58,544 nt of DNA, filler included, from Stramenopiles sp. TOSAG23-6 (GCA_900128565.1; 19 parts of 19 records of this genome joined end to end with filler, not necessarily neighbours in it); one strand, 5' to 3'. Counted from the whole stretch's first letter, positions 35,265-47,270 are shown. The notes: generated by a model not told the origin, from the letters alone. Numbers and translations: made by a program.

Positions 35265-36541
35265 ATGCCATCTATATTGGACAGTTCGTTCAGTTTTTCA
35301 CTTCCTCACGTAAAGTCACGCCAGTATTTTTCCATAGTCTGTGACACGAATCAGGATATAAACGACGGTGTTTTTTTAATTGGGTCTCTGGATAATGGAA
35401 TTCATGTATTTTCTGCTACAACTGGGATGAAGATACATGACATAAAGACTCAGTTTAGATATTTATATTGTGTCGAATATGCAAAAGTATATGATTGCAT
35501 TATTACTGTAGAAAGTTGTACTCAATTCCAGATGGACCGTCCAATGCCTCTAGAAAGCAGAAACAATGAGTTCTATATTTGTGTCTATTCAAATTGGCGT
35601 GGTCCTCTAGATAACATACCATACGATAGCATATCTATATATGCATATCCCTTGTCTTATCCATTATACAAAGATAAAATTCATGATGAAACATGGATGC
35701 ATAAATGTAGTAACAAACCAGTTTTTGGGGACAACAACAACAACAACAAGCAAACTTGGATGAATCCTAACCCTAATTTGTTTACAAAAAAGACGAATTT
35801 GAAGAATTATGTACCCAATTTCATTCTTTCCCTTCATGAAAATGATACAACAATGTGTTATATAAGCATAGGCTATCACCATAGGATATATTTACTTGAA
35901 TTACTTTGTACAAATCAAAATCAGATGTCTCAAAATTCTGAAAAACACAAAAATCATAAAAAATATGAAAAAGACAAAACTTGTAAAACATTAGCTATTT
36001 TGAATATACCGAATACATATGATGACTATATTTGTCATGTTACNTATTNTACTTTTTNGTAATACTATTTTGTATTCATTAGGTACAAAAATAGGTAGAA
36101 ATATTTTTTCAGGTAGTCGTATTTTTATGCTTCAGCTTCCAAAGAAATCTTTAGGTATCAATATTCGTACGAATATTAAAAAAAATAAAAAAAATAAAAC
36201 GTTTCAATGGAATGATCATAAGGAAAATTGTATTAATGACGAAACAGAAATGAATATTTTTTTTTATGAAGATGGAAATCAACAAAAAACACAAAAAACA
36301 CGAAATGTAAAAAATAATCCTAGCACATCACTCAATGTAAAACATCAAAATTCTTTTGACGATCTAACAGGTTGGTATGAAGATATTCACATAAACAATA
36401 ATAATAATAATAATAATAGTAATAATAATAGTAATAATAATACATCTAATACATCTGATAATTTGTCATTCAATTCTAGCCCTAATCCTAGAAAAATTGA
36501 AATTCAACTATTTAGTGATCATCAACAGAATACACATAAAA
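35265..36541 (+). CDS. Possible HPS3 (BLOC-2) N-terminal-like protein, partial
   Basis: DCIITVE...VYSNWR resembles HPS3 DYLV.IEE...AYVNWR; frameshift in the N-rich region near 36050. Confidence 0.4.
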
Positions 36542-36707
36542 NNNNNNNNNNNNNNNNNNNNNNNNNNNNNNNNNNNNNNNNNNNNTTAATTAATTAANNN
36601 NNNNNNNNNNNNNNNNNNNNNNNNNNNNNNNNNNNNNNNNNAATTTATTTTTCGTACGAAATTTTGTACCTAACGATTTTTTTTTTAAATATTTTTCCAA
36701 ACAATAT

Positions 36708-37201
36708 GATCCGAAAGGTTTGTACATACGCAGATGGTGTCCTGAGCTTCGTGACAAATCTGACTCTCAAATACATGAACGATACACAACAATTACTACA
36801 GTTGGACTTCCAGGTATTTTAAATTTATATTTTTTCAATTTCAAATTTATTTTTATAGTTGGACTTCCAGATATTTTAAATTTATATTTTTTCAATTTCA
36901 AATTTATTTTTATTTGTACATCATCATCCAAATGTAGTAAATATTTTGACTAATATACCTAACAAAAAAATTTAAATGTGACATATTTATCAAAAATATA
37001 TGAATACCACCTTTGGAATCAAAATGGAATCCTCAAAGTTCAAAACGTTCTAAAAGTTCGAAACGTTCAAAGAAGGGTAAAAACACGTGGATCCAGAGGC
37101 GNGATGCTGTAAATGTCGGTACTTCAATGAAAAGCGAAGTGACTCAGCAGAGGAATAACCGCGGCAAACCAAGGCGTAGAAAAGTTCAAGGTGCTTGGTG
37201 A
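36708..37201 (+). CDS. DNA photolyase/cryptochrome family, C-terminal exons; GT-AT intron 36814-37001
   Basis: DPKGLYIRRWCPELR......IHE FAD-binding domain motif. Confidence 0.8.
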
Positions 37202-37378
37202 GTCATTGTTTTTGAATAAATAAAGAAATAAATTGTTAATGATTAAAAATGAAATTTCCAACGGTGGCAGTTATAAAATGTCATTTTTCCAAAAATTCGA
37301 ATTGCTTCGAATTGTATTGTTTTTTCATATGTAGATTGGTAGTNCTTATGCCAGTACCATTTCCTCCACAGCCTGTCG

Positions 37379-38029
37379 ATGGCCGACGGGGAACGCCAGC
37401 TTGATGAATCAAATGCTGAGGTTAAATACGACCGTTCGGTCTTTGACAGACATGACTACTGGTCCGGAGCTGGTTACGATCCTCCTGGCGAGACGAGATT
37501 GAGCGATGGTACTAGGCACCCCTTGATTCAAGCACTACGNAATGCCTTGATCCCGCACCTTGATGAGGACGACTTTAGAGGGCCATACGGTGATAACGGG
37601 CCCGTGACTCCAGAATTCTTCAACATTTTTGCANCAAAAGAGCTTTCAAGTCTGATTATGGGTGATGATTGGCTCCAAGATTCTCAAAGACGGNGCCTCG
37701 TCAGTAGTGGTGGCAGAGGCGGCGACATCGGCATTGGTGGCGGAGATGGCGATGGAATTGATACCTCGATGTTTCCCAGNGGCAACAGTGAAGAGTTATT
37801 CGAGATCTTCGATCAGCTCAAGCCGGAGCACATGAGCGATTGGTTTGAAGACATCGAAAGTGCCGCTGCCATCCAAGCGCTCACACTGCTCAATGGTGCC
37901 AAGTCNGGCGNGGCATTCACTTACGTTCGTTACATCAAAAATACTGGCAACCACTACAGCATTGGGGTCGGTGTAGTTGACAGCGGTGGTTGGGTGGTGG
38001 GTTTTAGAGCTTGTCCCGTGATGTTTTGA
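37379..38029 (+). CDS. Hypothetical intronless protein, visibly more GC-rich than its neighbours
   Basis: 216-aa ORF ATG..TGA; no family recognised. Confidence 0.6.
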   Translation: MADGERQLDESNAEVKYDRSVFDRHDYWSGAGYDPPGETRLSDGTRHPLIQALXNALIPHLDEDDFRGPYGDNGPVTPEFFNIFAXKELSSLIMGDDWLQDSQRRXLVSSGGRGGDIGIGGGDGDGIDTSMFPXGNSEELFEIFDQLKPEHMSDWFEDIESAAAIQALTLLNGAKXGXAFTYVRYIKNTGNHYSIGVGVVDSGGWVVGFRACPVMF

Positions 38030-38480
38030 TAATAGTACTGTGTCCTGCTGTATTACATATCGTTGCCTGTGCGATTTCTGATATGTAAAGTATCCAATTC
38101 ATCTCTTTACAATCTNTACAATCTGTACTGAAGATCCAATTCATCTCTTTTCTCTTTACAATTTTTCAAAGCAACCTTAGCTCTAATAGATGCGGTATTG
38201 ATTATAGTGAATATTGGGGAAACGGATGAATGAAATATAAAAAAATGATTCAATAGTTCAAAATAAATAAGAAATGATTCAATGTGTAGTTCAATATCAA
38301 TAGTTATTATTCTACAAATACGTAGTCAAGTAATTTCACAATATATGTTGTGCATTTTCCCACAGAGATCTGTAATGATAAAAACTGAAAGAGATAATTT
38401 GTATCAATAAATAATGCGATATTTTTATTAATGCATTCATTATACAATTTTTTACATAAATTATTCTTCANAATTTATGA

Positions 38481-38987
38481 TCAATAAGAGTCCGAAGANT
38501 CACCCGAAAAGATCGCCGCGTCATCTGTCCACCATTCACCGTTTATATGTTTCTCGATAGCATCGTTTGCGAGCTGATCGGCCTTCCAATTCTGGTTTCG
38601 TCCAATATGCTTATATGACACATCATCTATCTGTAACCTTTGAATTAAGTCAATTGCGTTTTCATACAAGTNTCTGATATTTTCACTTCTAACTTGGTAG
38701 ACCCCGTCCAATTGNTTGATAGCAATCTCAGAGTCACCTCTAATATAAAGTNTATCCGCATATAANGAATTTTCATCAAAGTATTCTAAACCAGATATCA
38801 ATCCTTGGTACTCTGCTTGATTATTTGAAACATCATAACCTAGATACTTTTGACCACTTGCAATTTTATCCGAAACACTGCCGTTAACGTCCATTTCATA
38901 GAGAGTCCAACCACAGCCAGCAGGCCCACGAGGGTTATTCCTTGAAGCACCGTCAAAAGAAAGAATAACTCGGGAGTAGTATGGCAT
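38481..38987 (-). CDS. Ribonuclease HI (archaeal/retroelement-like RNase H subtype)
   Basis: FDGASRNNP.GPAGCG, NNQAEYQGLI.GL, I.GDS, HI.R..N..ADQLAN.A; the acidic catalytic residues are present. Confidence 0.9.
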   Translation of the reverse strand: MPYYSRVILSFDGASRNNPRGPAGCGWTLYEMDVNGSVSDKIASGQKYLGYDVSNNQAEYQGLISGLEYFDENXLYADXLYIRGDSEIAIXQLDGVYQVRSENIRXLYENAIDLIQRLQIDDVSYKHIGRNQNWKADQLANDAIEKHINGEWWTDDAAIFSGXSSDSY

Positions 38988-39214
38988 GATAATAGTTTTA
39001 TAAGGTTGTTATAGTGTGTTTGTAGTCATTCAACAGTCCGAATGACCGACTTCGAATTCATTTTTTTTTTCATTCATCGGCGTTTTTACGTTTTTTTCAT
39101 CATGATCCGTTACTTTCTCAATTATTAAAAATTCGCACATGCCATGAAGGCAGCGGAAATTGTATCAAGATTTCGAGATTGTGAAGGAAAAGTTTCAACA
39201 AACAATCTACAGTG

Positions 39215-40503
39215 ATGAGACATTTCATTCTTATATGTTTTATTCTGGCGATTTCATGCAATGCTGCACATGCTTCAGCAGCTATGGACGTTGATGGCGC
39301 TACTGACGGCAGAGATAAAAAGAGAAAAAGACGACGCACTCACGACTCCACACAAGAAGAAAGTGTACCAAGTCCCTCAAAAAGACACCGTGGCACCTGG
39401 AACCTTGGCGAACTTTATCTCCCTGAAGCAGATTTTCCAGATTTTCTTCCATTTATACCATCTCCGCACAATCACTGCTCCAACTGTCCCTTTTATGTGC
39501 TTAACATACACACAGGCTGGTACGTACACCATTTTTGCACCTTTTGACTTTAAATTCATCATCATATATTTTAGCCTTTGTAACTAAACTTGTATTTCTT
39601 GATGACACATGACTCTTTTTAAACAGGCGAAGCGATGGCGGCTATGCTAACCCAGATATTGGTCAACGCAAAGCAGAATTCGTCAGACTACTTGGGAAGT
39701 GGCAGGCAGATGCAACCAGACGTCTGGGCATATTGCAACAGAGTCCGGTATACCGAATGTATCATAACAGCGGTAGTGGCGGTAGTGGTTTCAGAGGACT
39801 TGATGCACGTGTCATGGCTGATTTTGATTTTGTCTACACATCACTCCAACAAATAGACAATTTCGTTGGTGATGTGTCTGTACAGCATATAGACACGCTG
39901 AACAGGCATGGATATGTATTGTATCAAACAAAGGATAATGCACCTCTAGCAATGAGCTGGGTTTGTCCTCCTTCACCAGGTGATGAGGATGGTGTTATGT
40001 ATGTCTCATTTCTCGCAACCAAACCGGAAAATATTCAGCCACGGGAGTTTCATTTTGTGGATGGTGTGTTCAAAATACTAACAACACAAGAAAGATATGG
40101 TCAAACTATTCGAACTGATCGTTTTGGCATTGGAGGAAAACCACAAAAAGGTGGTGGTTCCACTTTACTAACTTTTCTACTTGGTGCAGCACTTGGTTAT
40201 ACATCCCCAGATCTAGAAACTTCAACGAGTCTTCGCCTTCAGTCAGCGACGATTTGGTCAAGTAAATTTTACTTCAGATTTGGTTTGCAAGGATCATATG
40301 AAGATTTCGATGAGAATGCATTTCTTATCACCGGAATAGATCAGCTTACAAATGCACATGATGAAGGAACTGTCTATTTTGAATGTGATGGGCATGACAG
40401 CATGAAACGATTGATTGAAGGGCATCATGAAGAAGCAGTTCAAATATTTGGAAAGGACTTCTATTTACATTATATTGAGCCTATACCACTACTCTCTATA
40501 TAG
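39215..40503 (+). CDS. GNAT-fold protein with a signal peptide and basic NLS-like motif; canonical intron 39520-39626
   Basis: GTACGT...AAACAG joins ORFs 39212 and 39733; YVSFLATKP, QKGGGSTLL and FYFRFG resemble GNAT motifs A/B. Confidence 0.55.
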
Positions 40504-40613
40504 AAAGAAGGAGACNANAAAAATATAAAAGAAATATCATTCGTATCATTTTTATCATAATATTAAGAAATAAGTGAAGATGGTAGTACTATNGTATGCC
40601 AATAAAACATGTT

Positions 40614-41600
40614 TTAGAAAGCCATTTTATGGTCAGCATCAACTTGTTTCAGATTATCTTTGATACCTAGCTTTTTTCTTGCCTCATCGACAGTGCAAGC
40701 CCGACCACCGAGCTCTTCAATGATCCTGATAGCCTTCTTAACTAAGCCACCATTTGTTGCAAATACACCTTTTGATTCATATAAATTATCTTCNAGTCCG
40801 ACACGTACATGACCCCCAAGTAACATTGTCTGTGCAACCATTGGCATTTGCCACCGAGAAATTCCAAATGCTGCCCAGTTTGCACCTTCTGGTAAGTTAT
40901 CTTTCATGGCAGTGATAGCAGAGGCAGTAGCGGGAGCACCCCAAGGAATACCTAATGCAAATTGATAGAAAGGTGGACTCGACAAAAGTCCCTCTTTATA
41001 AAGTTGTGTTGCCATACCAACATGACCCATTTCGTAGCACTCTAACTCAGGTTTCACACCAATTTCAGTCATTCTTTTTGCCATTTTGCGTAAAGTATCT
41101 GCAGTTGAAATGTATACTCCAGAACCAAAATTTAAGGAACCACAATCTAAAGAACAAATATCAGGCTTCAAAACTTCAATATGTTCCATACGAGCTTCCC
41201 ATCCAGCCAAATCACTACCTGGGCCTGCTTGTGATGGGTTTGATTCATCAAAGTAAAAATCACCCCCCATTCCACAAGTAATATTAATGAGTACATCTGT
41301 TGGATGCTCGCGGATTCGTTCTACTACTTCCGTATATAATGCAAGATCTCGGGAAGGTTTCCCGGTTTTTGGATCGCGCACGTGAAAATGTGCAACAGCA
41401 GCTCCAGCCTCTGCAGCTTCAATGCAAGCGTCAGCTATTTCTTTTGGGGTCACTGGAATCGCGGGATGTATTCCTACTGTGTCACCACTTCCAGTCACTG
41501 CACAGCAAATCATGACTTCTTGATTTATCGCCATACCAGTATATGATCGCACGTTGGAACGTACACATCTCCGAACACTTCTGGCAATAGAAGGTAACAT
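40614..41600 (-). CDS. BKACE/DUF849 beta-keto acid cleavage enzyme, CdhC-like (3-dehydrocarnitine cleavage), with a mitochondrial-type presequence
   Basis: I.CAVTG.GDT....PVTP..IA....EAA.AGA...[57 protein letters not shown]. Confidence 0.9.
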   Translation of the reverse strand: MLPSIARSVRRCVRSNVRSYTGMAINQEVMICCAVTGSGDTVGIHPAIPVTPKEIADACIEAAEAGAAVAHFHVRDPKTGKPSRDLALYTEVVERIREHPTDVLINITCGMGGDFYFDESNPSQAGPGSDLAGWEARMEHIEVLKPDICSLDCGSLNFGSGVYISTADTLRKMAKRMTEIGVKPELECYEMGHVGMATQLYKEGLLSSPPFYQFALGIPWGAPATASAITAMKDNLPEGANWAAFGISRWQMPMVAQTMLLGGHVRVGXEDNLYESKGVFATNGGLVKKAIRIIEELGGRACTVDEARKKLGIKDNLKQVDADHKMAF

Positions 41601-41962
41601 ATTGAGAAAATTACTAAATCGCAATTTCAAATTGTATAATAGCAACTTTGATGATCACCTAGCCTACTGGAGAGAAGAAGACTCTTTCTTTATGGGTCAA
41701 AACGGGTTTGTTGTTGTTGAATACGTTGAATATGTTGATGCTATGTTGATTGTGAATTTGTGACCAGTGGATTCAAAGGGATTCAAATTTCTTTTTCGCT
41801 TTTATGGTACCGGGAATCATTTTTTTTTTTNGAGANTTTCGNAAATTAAAAATTGTTTTGAATTTGAAATCGAATCCTAGCTATACGTACTAGATCGAAT
41901 ATCAGATCTACATCTACAATTAAAAGTTAGAGAGAAATATAANTTGAATTTCGTCAAGCAAA

Positions 41963-42648
41963 ATGCATCGTCCTGTGCTGTATACAACGATTCTAATTGT
42001 ACATCACTTAATAGGCTTAATAGTAGACTCTACAGCATTGTCNGTTNTGTCGTCGCCCAAGCGGTTTCACATAAATGAAATATTTGGTGTACATATTGAC
42101 GAAAGTTGCATGGTNGAGCAGCTATCAGCAGCAAAAGCTTGCGCTCCCGGGAAAGATGGTTCTGATTGCAACAAATGTGTACAATTTCTTGGTTTTTGTA
42201 AAAGTGGCTCTCCAAAATTTCATGTTAAACCAGATTGTATGTACGTTTCCATGATACATTTCAAATAGTTTTTTATCGTACGAAATTCCGTANCTAACAT
42301 TTTTTTCTAAAATACTTTTTCAAAATACATGAGGGACTGTTTAGTATCCCACACTAGTTGCAGTGCATGTGTGAAAGTCTACTCCAAGTGTAGTTTCGGT
42401 ATGGGCTTACATGGAGATAAAGTCAAAGAGATAAATAATGAAACCAAAATGGATCAATATATGTCTGTTTTATTTTTTTTTTTAACAAAAAAATCGATTT
42501 TTTTTCATACGAAATTTTGTACCTAACAAATTTAATTTTTTTTTTTAAATATTTTTCCAAATATATGATGTCTAAAGTCGTTAATCAAATGAATTCAAGT
42601 ATTCCTTCAACTTGGCCATTAAGTATGGATGATTTTGACCAACTTTAG
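41963..42648 (+). CDS. Small secreted cysteine-rich protein (3 exons; GT-AT introns 42241-42330 and 42463-42566)
   Basis: Hydrophobic N-terminus, many Cys; removing both introns gives one frame (DCM|RDC, QYM|MSK) to TAG at 42648. Confidence 0.6.
42241..42330 (+). mobile_element. GT-AT repeat intron (90 nt)
   Basis: AT|GTACGTTT...TCGTACGAAATTCCGTANCTAAC...CAAAATACAT|G. Confidence 0.75.
42463..42566 (+). mobile_element. GT-AT repeat intron (104 nt)
   Basis: AT|GTCTGTTTT...TACGAAATTTTGTACCTAAC...TTCCAAATATAT|G. Confidence 0.75.
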
Positions 42649-42916
42649 CATTTCAACTACTTGGTCTTTAACTTCAACACATTAAAANTTTAATGTAACA
42701 NAAGTATGATATTTTTTTTCTNATAAAATCTCAAATTAATTAGGAAAAAAATATAGTTCATTGAAATTGTACAAAAAAAACGCAAAAAAGTATTTTTTTT
42801 TTCAAATCAGTCAAAAATGACCAATCAAGCGCGCAATATACTTGACATATCAATATCAATACCTACTCGAATACCTATAGCTATACCTTTTTTCTTTTGA
42901 CCACAAGAGAGTATTA

Positions 42917-43831
42917 ATGTTTGTTAGAGCAACCAATGTGGGGAGAAGAAATCGATTCTTTGATCGTATAAAAACATGTCGTGCATCTTCTAACACCACA
43001 AATAGTAAAAAAGGTGTAGATCTCTCCTTTGCCAAGACTGCTCCAACTAATGTTCGAAAAGTAGCATGTCTTGGTACAGGTGTAATTGGGGGTGGTTGGG
43101 TTTGTGACTTTCTTCGAAATGGCCTCGAAGTAACGGCGTATGATCCATCACCAGGCGCAGAGGAAAATATGTTGCGTATGGTAGATAAAACATGGCCTAT
43201 TTTAGAAAAACTTGGGTTGAAAGATGGGGCATCACCAAATAACCTCAAAATCTTTACAGATCCACCTGGATGGACCGGAAAAAGTAATGCACTCGCGGAA
43301 GCGCTTGATGGTGTTGACTGTGTACAAGAGAGTGTACCGGAAAATTTGGAGGTGAAACGAAAGTGTTTTAAAATCGTTGATGAATTGTTGCCATCGAACG
43401 TTCCTGTTTTATCAAGTATTTCAGGGTCTTACTTTTTAGCCGATCTCCAGTCCGCATGTGAGAGTAACCCCGAGCGCTTCACTGTAGCTCATCCGTTTAA
43501 TCCTCCATATTTGATTCCACTTGTTGAGATTGTTGGATCTGAAATTACGAATCCATCAGTCATTGAGTGGGCATTTCAGTTTTATAGTTCGATTGGCAAA
43601 TTTCCGTTAGCTTGCTCTCAAGAAAATCCCGGATATGTCGGTAATCGACTGCAAGATGTACTTACAGGTAACTCTTTCATGAATTTGAATTTTTTTTTCA
43701 CTATGAAATTTTGTACCTAACATTTTTTTTTCTTTTGAAATTTTACAATACATGCGCTGTGGCGTGAAGCCTTGCACATGCTTGTCTCTGGTGAAGCTAC
43801 ATTTGAAGAAATTGATGCAGCCATTGTATAT
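42917..43831 (+). CDS. L-carnitine 3-dehydrogenase-like (CdhA/LcdH; 3-hydroxyacyl-CoA dehydrogenase family) with presequence, 3' partial
   Basis: LGTGVIGGGW, YDPSPGAE, WP.LEK.GL..GAS, QESVPE...K, HPFNP.YL.PLVE.VG, PGYVGNRLQD|ALWREALHM. Confidence 0.85.
43658..43753 (+). mobile_element. GT-AT repeat intron (96 nt, in-frame stop inside)
   Basis: GAT|GTACTT...AAATTTTGTACCTAAC...TACAATACAT|GCG; restores NRLQDALWREALH exactly. Confidence 0.9.
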
Positions 43832-43984
43832 GTATGTTTTATTTTTTTTTTAAACAAAAAAATCGAATTTATTTTTCGTACGAANNNNNNNNNNNNNNNN
43901 NNNNNNNNNNNNNNNNNNNNNNNNNNNNTTAATTAATTAANNNNNNNNNNNNNNNNNNNNNNNNNNNNNNNNNNNNNNNNNNNN

Positions 43985-44631
43985 ATAATAATACTACAAA
44001 TAATAAAAATAAAACAAATACCTACACAAATACAAAAACTACAAATGTACAAGGAACATATCACGATATTTCTCATCGTTTCATTATTTATTCTCTTGAC
44101 ATTAATAATGATACAGAAAATAATAGAAATAATGATGATTCATTAGTGTATAGATATGATCCAATTGATAATAAAGCATATACAAAAGATGAGTTTATAG
44201 AATATTATGGTGGAGTGCAAGAATGGAATGTAGCAGATGAGGCAGAGTATATACCAGAAAATGATATCCTTTATATATATGCAGGTGATGAACCAGCCGA
44301 TGTTGTACATACATTTGTATCTGAGCGTTGGTTGCCAGACGAACAAGTTCGTGTATCAAATGCATTATTAGTTCATTTATGCTCGGAAATTGTATGTACT
44401 CGAACACTCCCTAAAAGTGCTCTATTTGTGTTTAATGTTGAGTGGAAAGGGAAAAAGCACGAAATGCATATTTCTGAAGATGATGATATACACGCGAGAG
44501 CTCGGGCATTTTGTAATCCATTGAATGGAATTAATTGCGATGATGAATTTATTCAGAAAACTACACAAGCGATAGAAGCTGAATTGATAAAGAGAGAAGT
44601 TATCGTAAGAAAACAAGCACCAAAACCATAA
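43985..44631 (+). CDS. Hypothetical protein, 3' fragment
   Basis: Open frame containing an RYDP.D..AYT..EF..YYGG..EW..A motif. Confidence 0.5.
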
Positions 44632-44756
44632 ATAAATGAAAATCTTTTCAGTAATATTGTTGAAAGATTATCATAAGTCTCAAATTTGAATATACATATA
44701 TTATATACTTCGGGCAATAAATTGTGCTATCGATATTTTAAATATACAAAGAACTT

Positions 44757-45539
44757 TTATTTTTCTTGCTTTTCATCNTTTTCTTCTTCACTNTCCTTAC
44801 TTTGTTTATCTCTCTCTTCGTTTTCTTCTTCATCATNGCTTTCTTTATCACTCTCTTCAGTTTCTTCTTCNTCATCGCTTTCTTCAGAACTCTCTTCTTT
44901 TTCTTCTTCGTCACCGCCATCACTGCATTCCTCCTCCCATCGATACTTTAAGTTCAAATTTCCTTCTCCTACACATTTAAAACATACTCCAAGACCTTCA
45001 ATTAACCAACCATCAGCGCCGCCAAATGGACGTTTATCAAAAGGTATCCAAGTGAATCCAGAACCATCCTCAGGTTTATCACTTCGTTTTTCACCTTTTT
45101 TATAAGCCCATTGGAGTGCACTACCAGCATCAAGAGCTTCTATTATATCAAAATCTATTCCANAATCAAAATCAATTGCAATTGAGCGATAAGAATCATA
45201 TGATGCTATAAACAAGACATCCCCAAGTTTCATTTTAATCTCTTTTGGGAAATCCAAATCCTCCTTTTCCCCACCGTGATCCCATAAAACATATGTAGTA
45301 TTAGTGAAACGTTCAGCATCAACAGGATCATTAGCAATTGTGCGCAAAGAACATCTTTTTTCTAAAGTACAGTACCGAGATATTGCTTCATTATTAGGTT
45401 NGTCTAATGATACCCAATTCCCCGAACGTGTTATTGAAGAATCTTTCTTCCAGGCACACCATACTGGTTTTACTATTTCATGCTCTCCAGCTACACTTAT
45501 TTTTATCTTGCGCCTGTCAGTAAGTCGTTTCCAAACCAT
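44757..45539 (-). CDS. Hypothetical protein with an acidic C-terminal tail
   Basis: 260-aa intronless ORF. Confidence 0.6.
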   Translation of the reverse strand: MVWKRLTDRRKIKISVAGEHEIVKPVWCAWKKDSSITRSGNWVSLDXPNNEAISRYCTLEKRCSLRTIANDPVDAERFTNTTYVLWDHGGEKEDLDFPKEIKMKLGDVLFIASYDSYRSIAIDFDXGIDFDIIEALDAGSALQWAYKKGEKRSDKPEDGSGFTWIPFDKRPFGGADGWLIEGLGVCFKCVGEGNLNLKYRWEEECSDGGDEEEKEESSEESDXEEETEESDKESXDEEENEERDKQSKXSEEEXDEKQEK

Positions 45540-45962
45540 TTTTTACTTCTTTAATTTTTAATGAGGCATAGTCAAAGTTGGAGGCTAAAATAGCTGACAT
45601 GAGAAATAACCAGATGCAAACATCACGCGGCAATAAAATTTTAATTGTTTCCTTTTCTAAAAGTTATTTTTTTTGTTCGTTATTTCTTTCGGTATACGGT
45701 AGGAGTATGACGATTTTAAACCGTCGTTGTCAAATCTACTACTTATTATTCTGTCATGTCAAACCCTAACCCTAGTATAAGCGTACTACTAGTGTCTTTT
45801 TTTCGCACCACACGAGTCTTTTTCATGAGTCATAACAGACTTCAGCTAGTTGTTAGCTGCAAAGACATTACTGAGTGGTACATCTANAGGCTATATTGTA
45901 GCTAGACAACGGAGTAGTATTGATTGAAATACAANAGATTGATCCATACAGGTATTGCATAT

Positions 45963-46703
45963 ATGTTATCCTTTGTAGCCCGTAGTATTAGGTCACGCAT
46001 TTCACGGCAAATGACNACCGTGACNAGCTGCTCTCTTCAAAAACCTGTGGAAACTTTTGACGTCTCTATTTTTGCAAATATTGATGTCCGAATTGGTTTG
46101 ATAACAAACGTATGGCCTCACCCTAANTCTGATAAATTATGGTGTGAAGAAATTGATCTTGGGGAAGAGGAAGGACCACGTCAAATACTTTCAGGTCTAC
46201 GTCAACATTATCCAAAAGCAAGTGACGTACAAGGCAGAAAAGTATTAGTTGTATGTAATTTAAAACCTGCCAAATTAGGGGGTATGTTATCCAATGGTAT
46301 GGTACTCTGTGCATCGAAGGNTTCATCTTCTAACGAAGTAAATGAAACAGAAACTGTTGAATCGATTGATGTTGAATTTATTGATGTACCTGATGATTCA
46401 GTTATAGGTGAACGTGTTGTTGTTCATGGTGNAAAAATTCCCAAAAAATCTATTTATCCCTTTACTAGTGTTTCCAATTCATTAGACATTNAAAATCAAT
46501 ATAAAAAAGTGTCTCTTGAAATGTTGGAAAAGTATGGTCCTCCAGCAACTGCAAATCGAGTGAAACGAAAAAAATTATGGTTTCAATTAGTTAGTGATTT
46601 AGAGAGTGATAGTGATGGAGTTGCTACTTGGAAAGGTTTACCTCTTTTGACATCTGCGGGGTATTGTAAAGCTAAAAGTCTACGAAACGCAAAAATTGTT
46701 TAA
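45963..46703 (+). CDS. tRNA-binding OB-fold protein (EMAP II/Arc1p/MetRS-C type) with presequence
   Basis: DVRIG.I..VW.HP.SDKLWCEEIDLGE...RQI.SGL, VCNLKPAKL.G..SNGMVLCAS, P..S..GERV. Confidence 0.88.
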   Translation: MLSFVARSIRSRISRQMXTVXSCSLQKPVETFDVSIFANIDVRIGLITNVWPHPXSDKLWCEEIDLGEEEGPRQILSGLRQHYPKASDVQGRKVLVVCNLKPAKLGGMLSNGMVLCASKXSSSNEVNETETVESIDVEFIDVPDDSVIGERVVVHGXKIPKKSIYPFTSVSNSLDIXNQYKKVSLEMLEKYGPPATANRVKRKKLWFQLVSDLESDSDGVATWKGLPLLTSAGYCKAKSLRNAKIV

Positions 46704-46727
46704 GTGGTGGAAATAGTGTAAGGAAAC

Positions 46728-46843
46728 AAACATAAATTTTAGTGTAAGTAGAAAAACATAAATTTTANTGTAAGNANANAAACATAAATTTTAATGTAAG
46801 TAGAAAAACATAAATTTTAGTGTAAGTAGAAAAACATAAATTT
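46728..46843. repeat. Short tandem repeat, ~28-bp unit x4, between convergent genes
   Basis: AAACATAAATTTTAGTGTAAGTAGAA repeated. Confidence 0.8.
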
Positions 46844-46856
46844 ATTTGATTCAAAG

Positions 46857-47270
46857 TTACTCTTCTAAGGGCTGAAGGATAATTTCTTTCAATTTATCTC
46901 GTAAGATTTCGCCAGGAATAGAAATGTCTCTCGTCAATTGACGAATTTTATCTACTGATGTCAGTCGTTCGAAATTTTTTGCATCCATTCTCTGGTTTGT
47001 AAATAAAAATAAGTTCTTCAATAATTTGTCTTTATCAGAGCCTAAAATAGCAAATTGATTTGGTTCTGTATCAAAATGATGTATTTCACTACCTGATTTT
47101 TGGAATTCTTGTCGTTTACCTTTGACAATGTCAAGAAATACATCACCTAAGAGGACATTATTTTGTGAATTCTGTTCCCAAAGGGATTCGACTTCTGTAA
47201 TGGTTGGGATACCAAATTCTGAGCTTAACGCAAACAGTGATTGTTGAAAACGTGTTTTAGTAAAAGTCAT
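46857..47270 (-). CDS. Hypothetical protein
   Basis: 137-aa ORF, no family recognised. Confidence 0.45.
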   Translation of the reverse strand: MTFTKTRFQQSLFALSSEFGIPTITEVESLWEQNSQNNVLLGDVFLDIVKGKRQEFQKSGSEIHHFDTEPNQFAILGSDKDKLLKNLFLFTNQRMDAKNFERLTSVDKIRQLTRDISIPGEILRDKLKEIILQPLEE

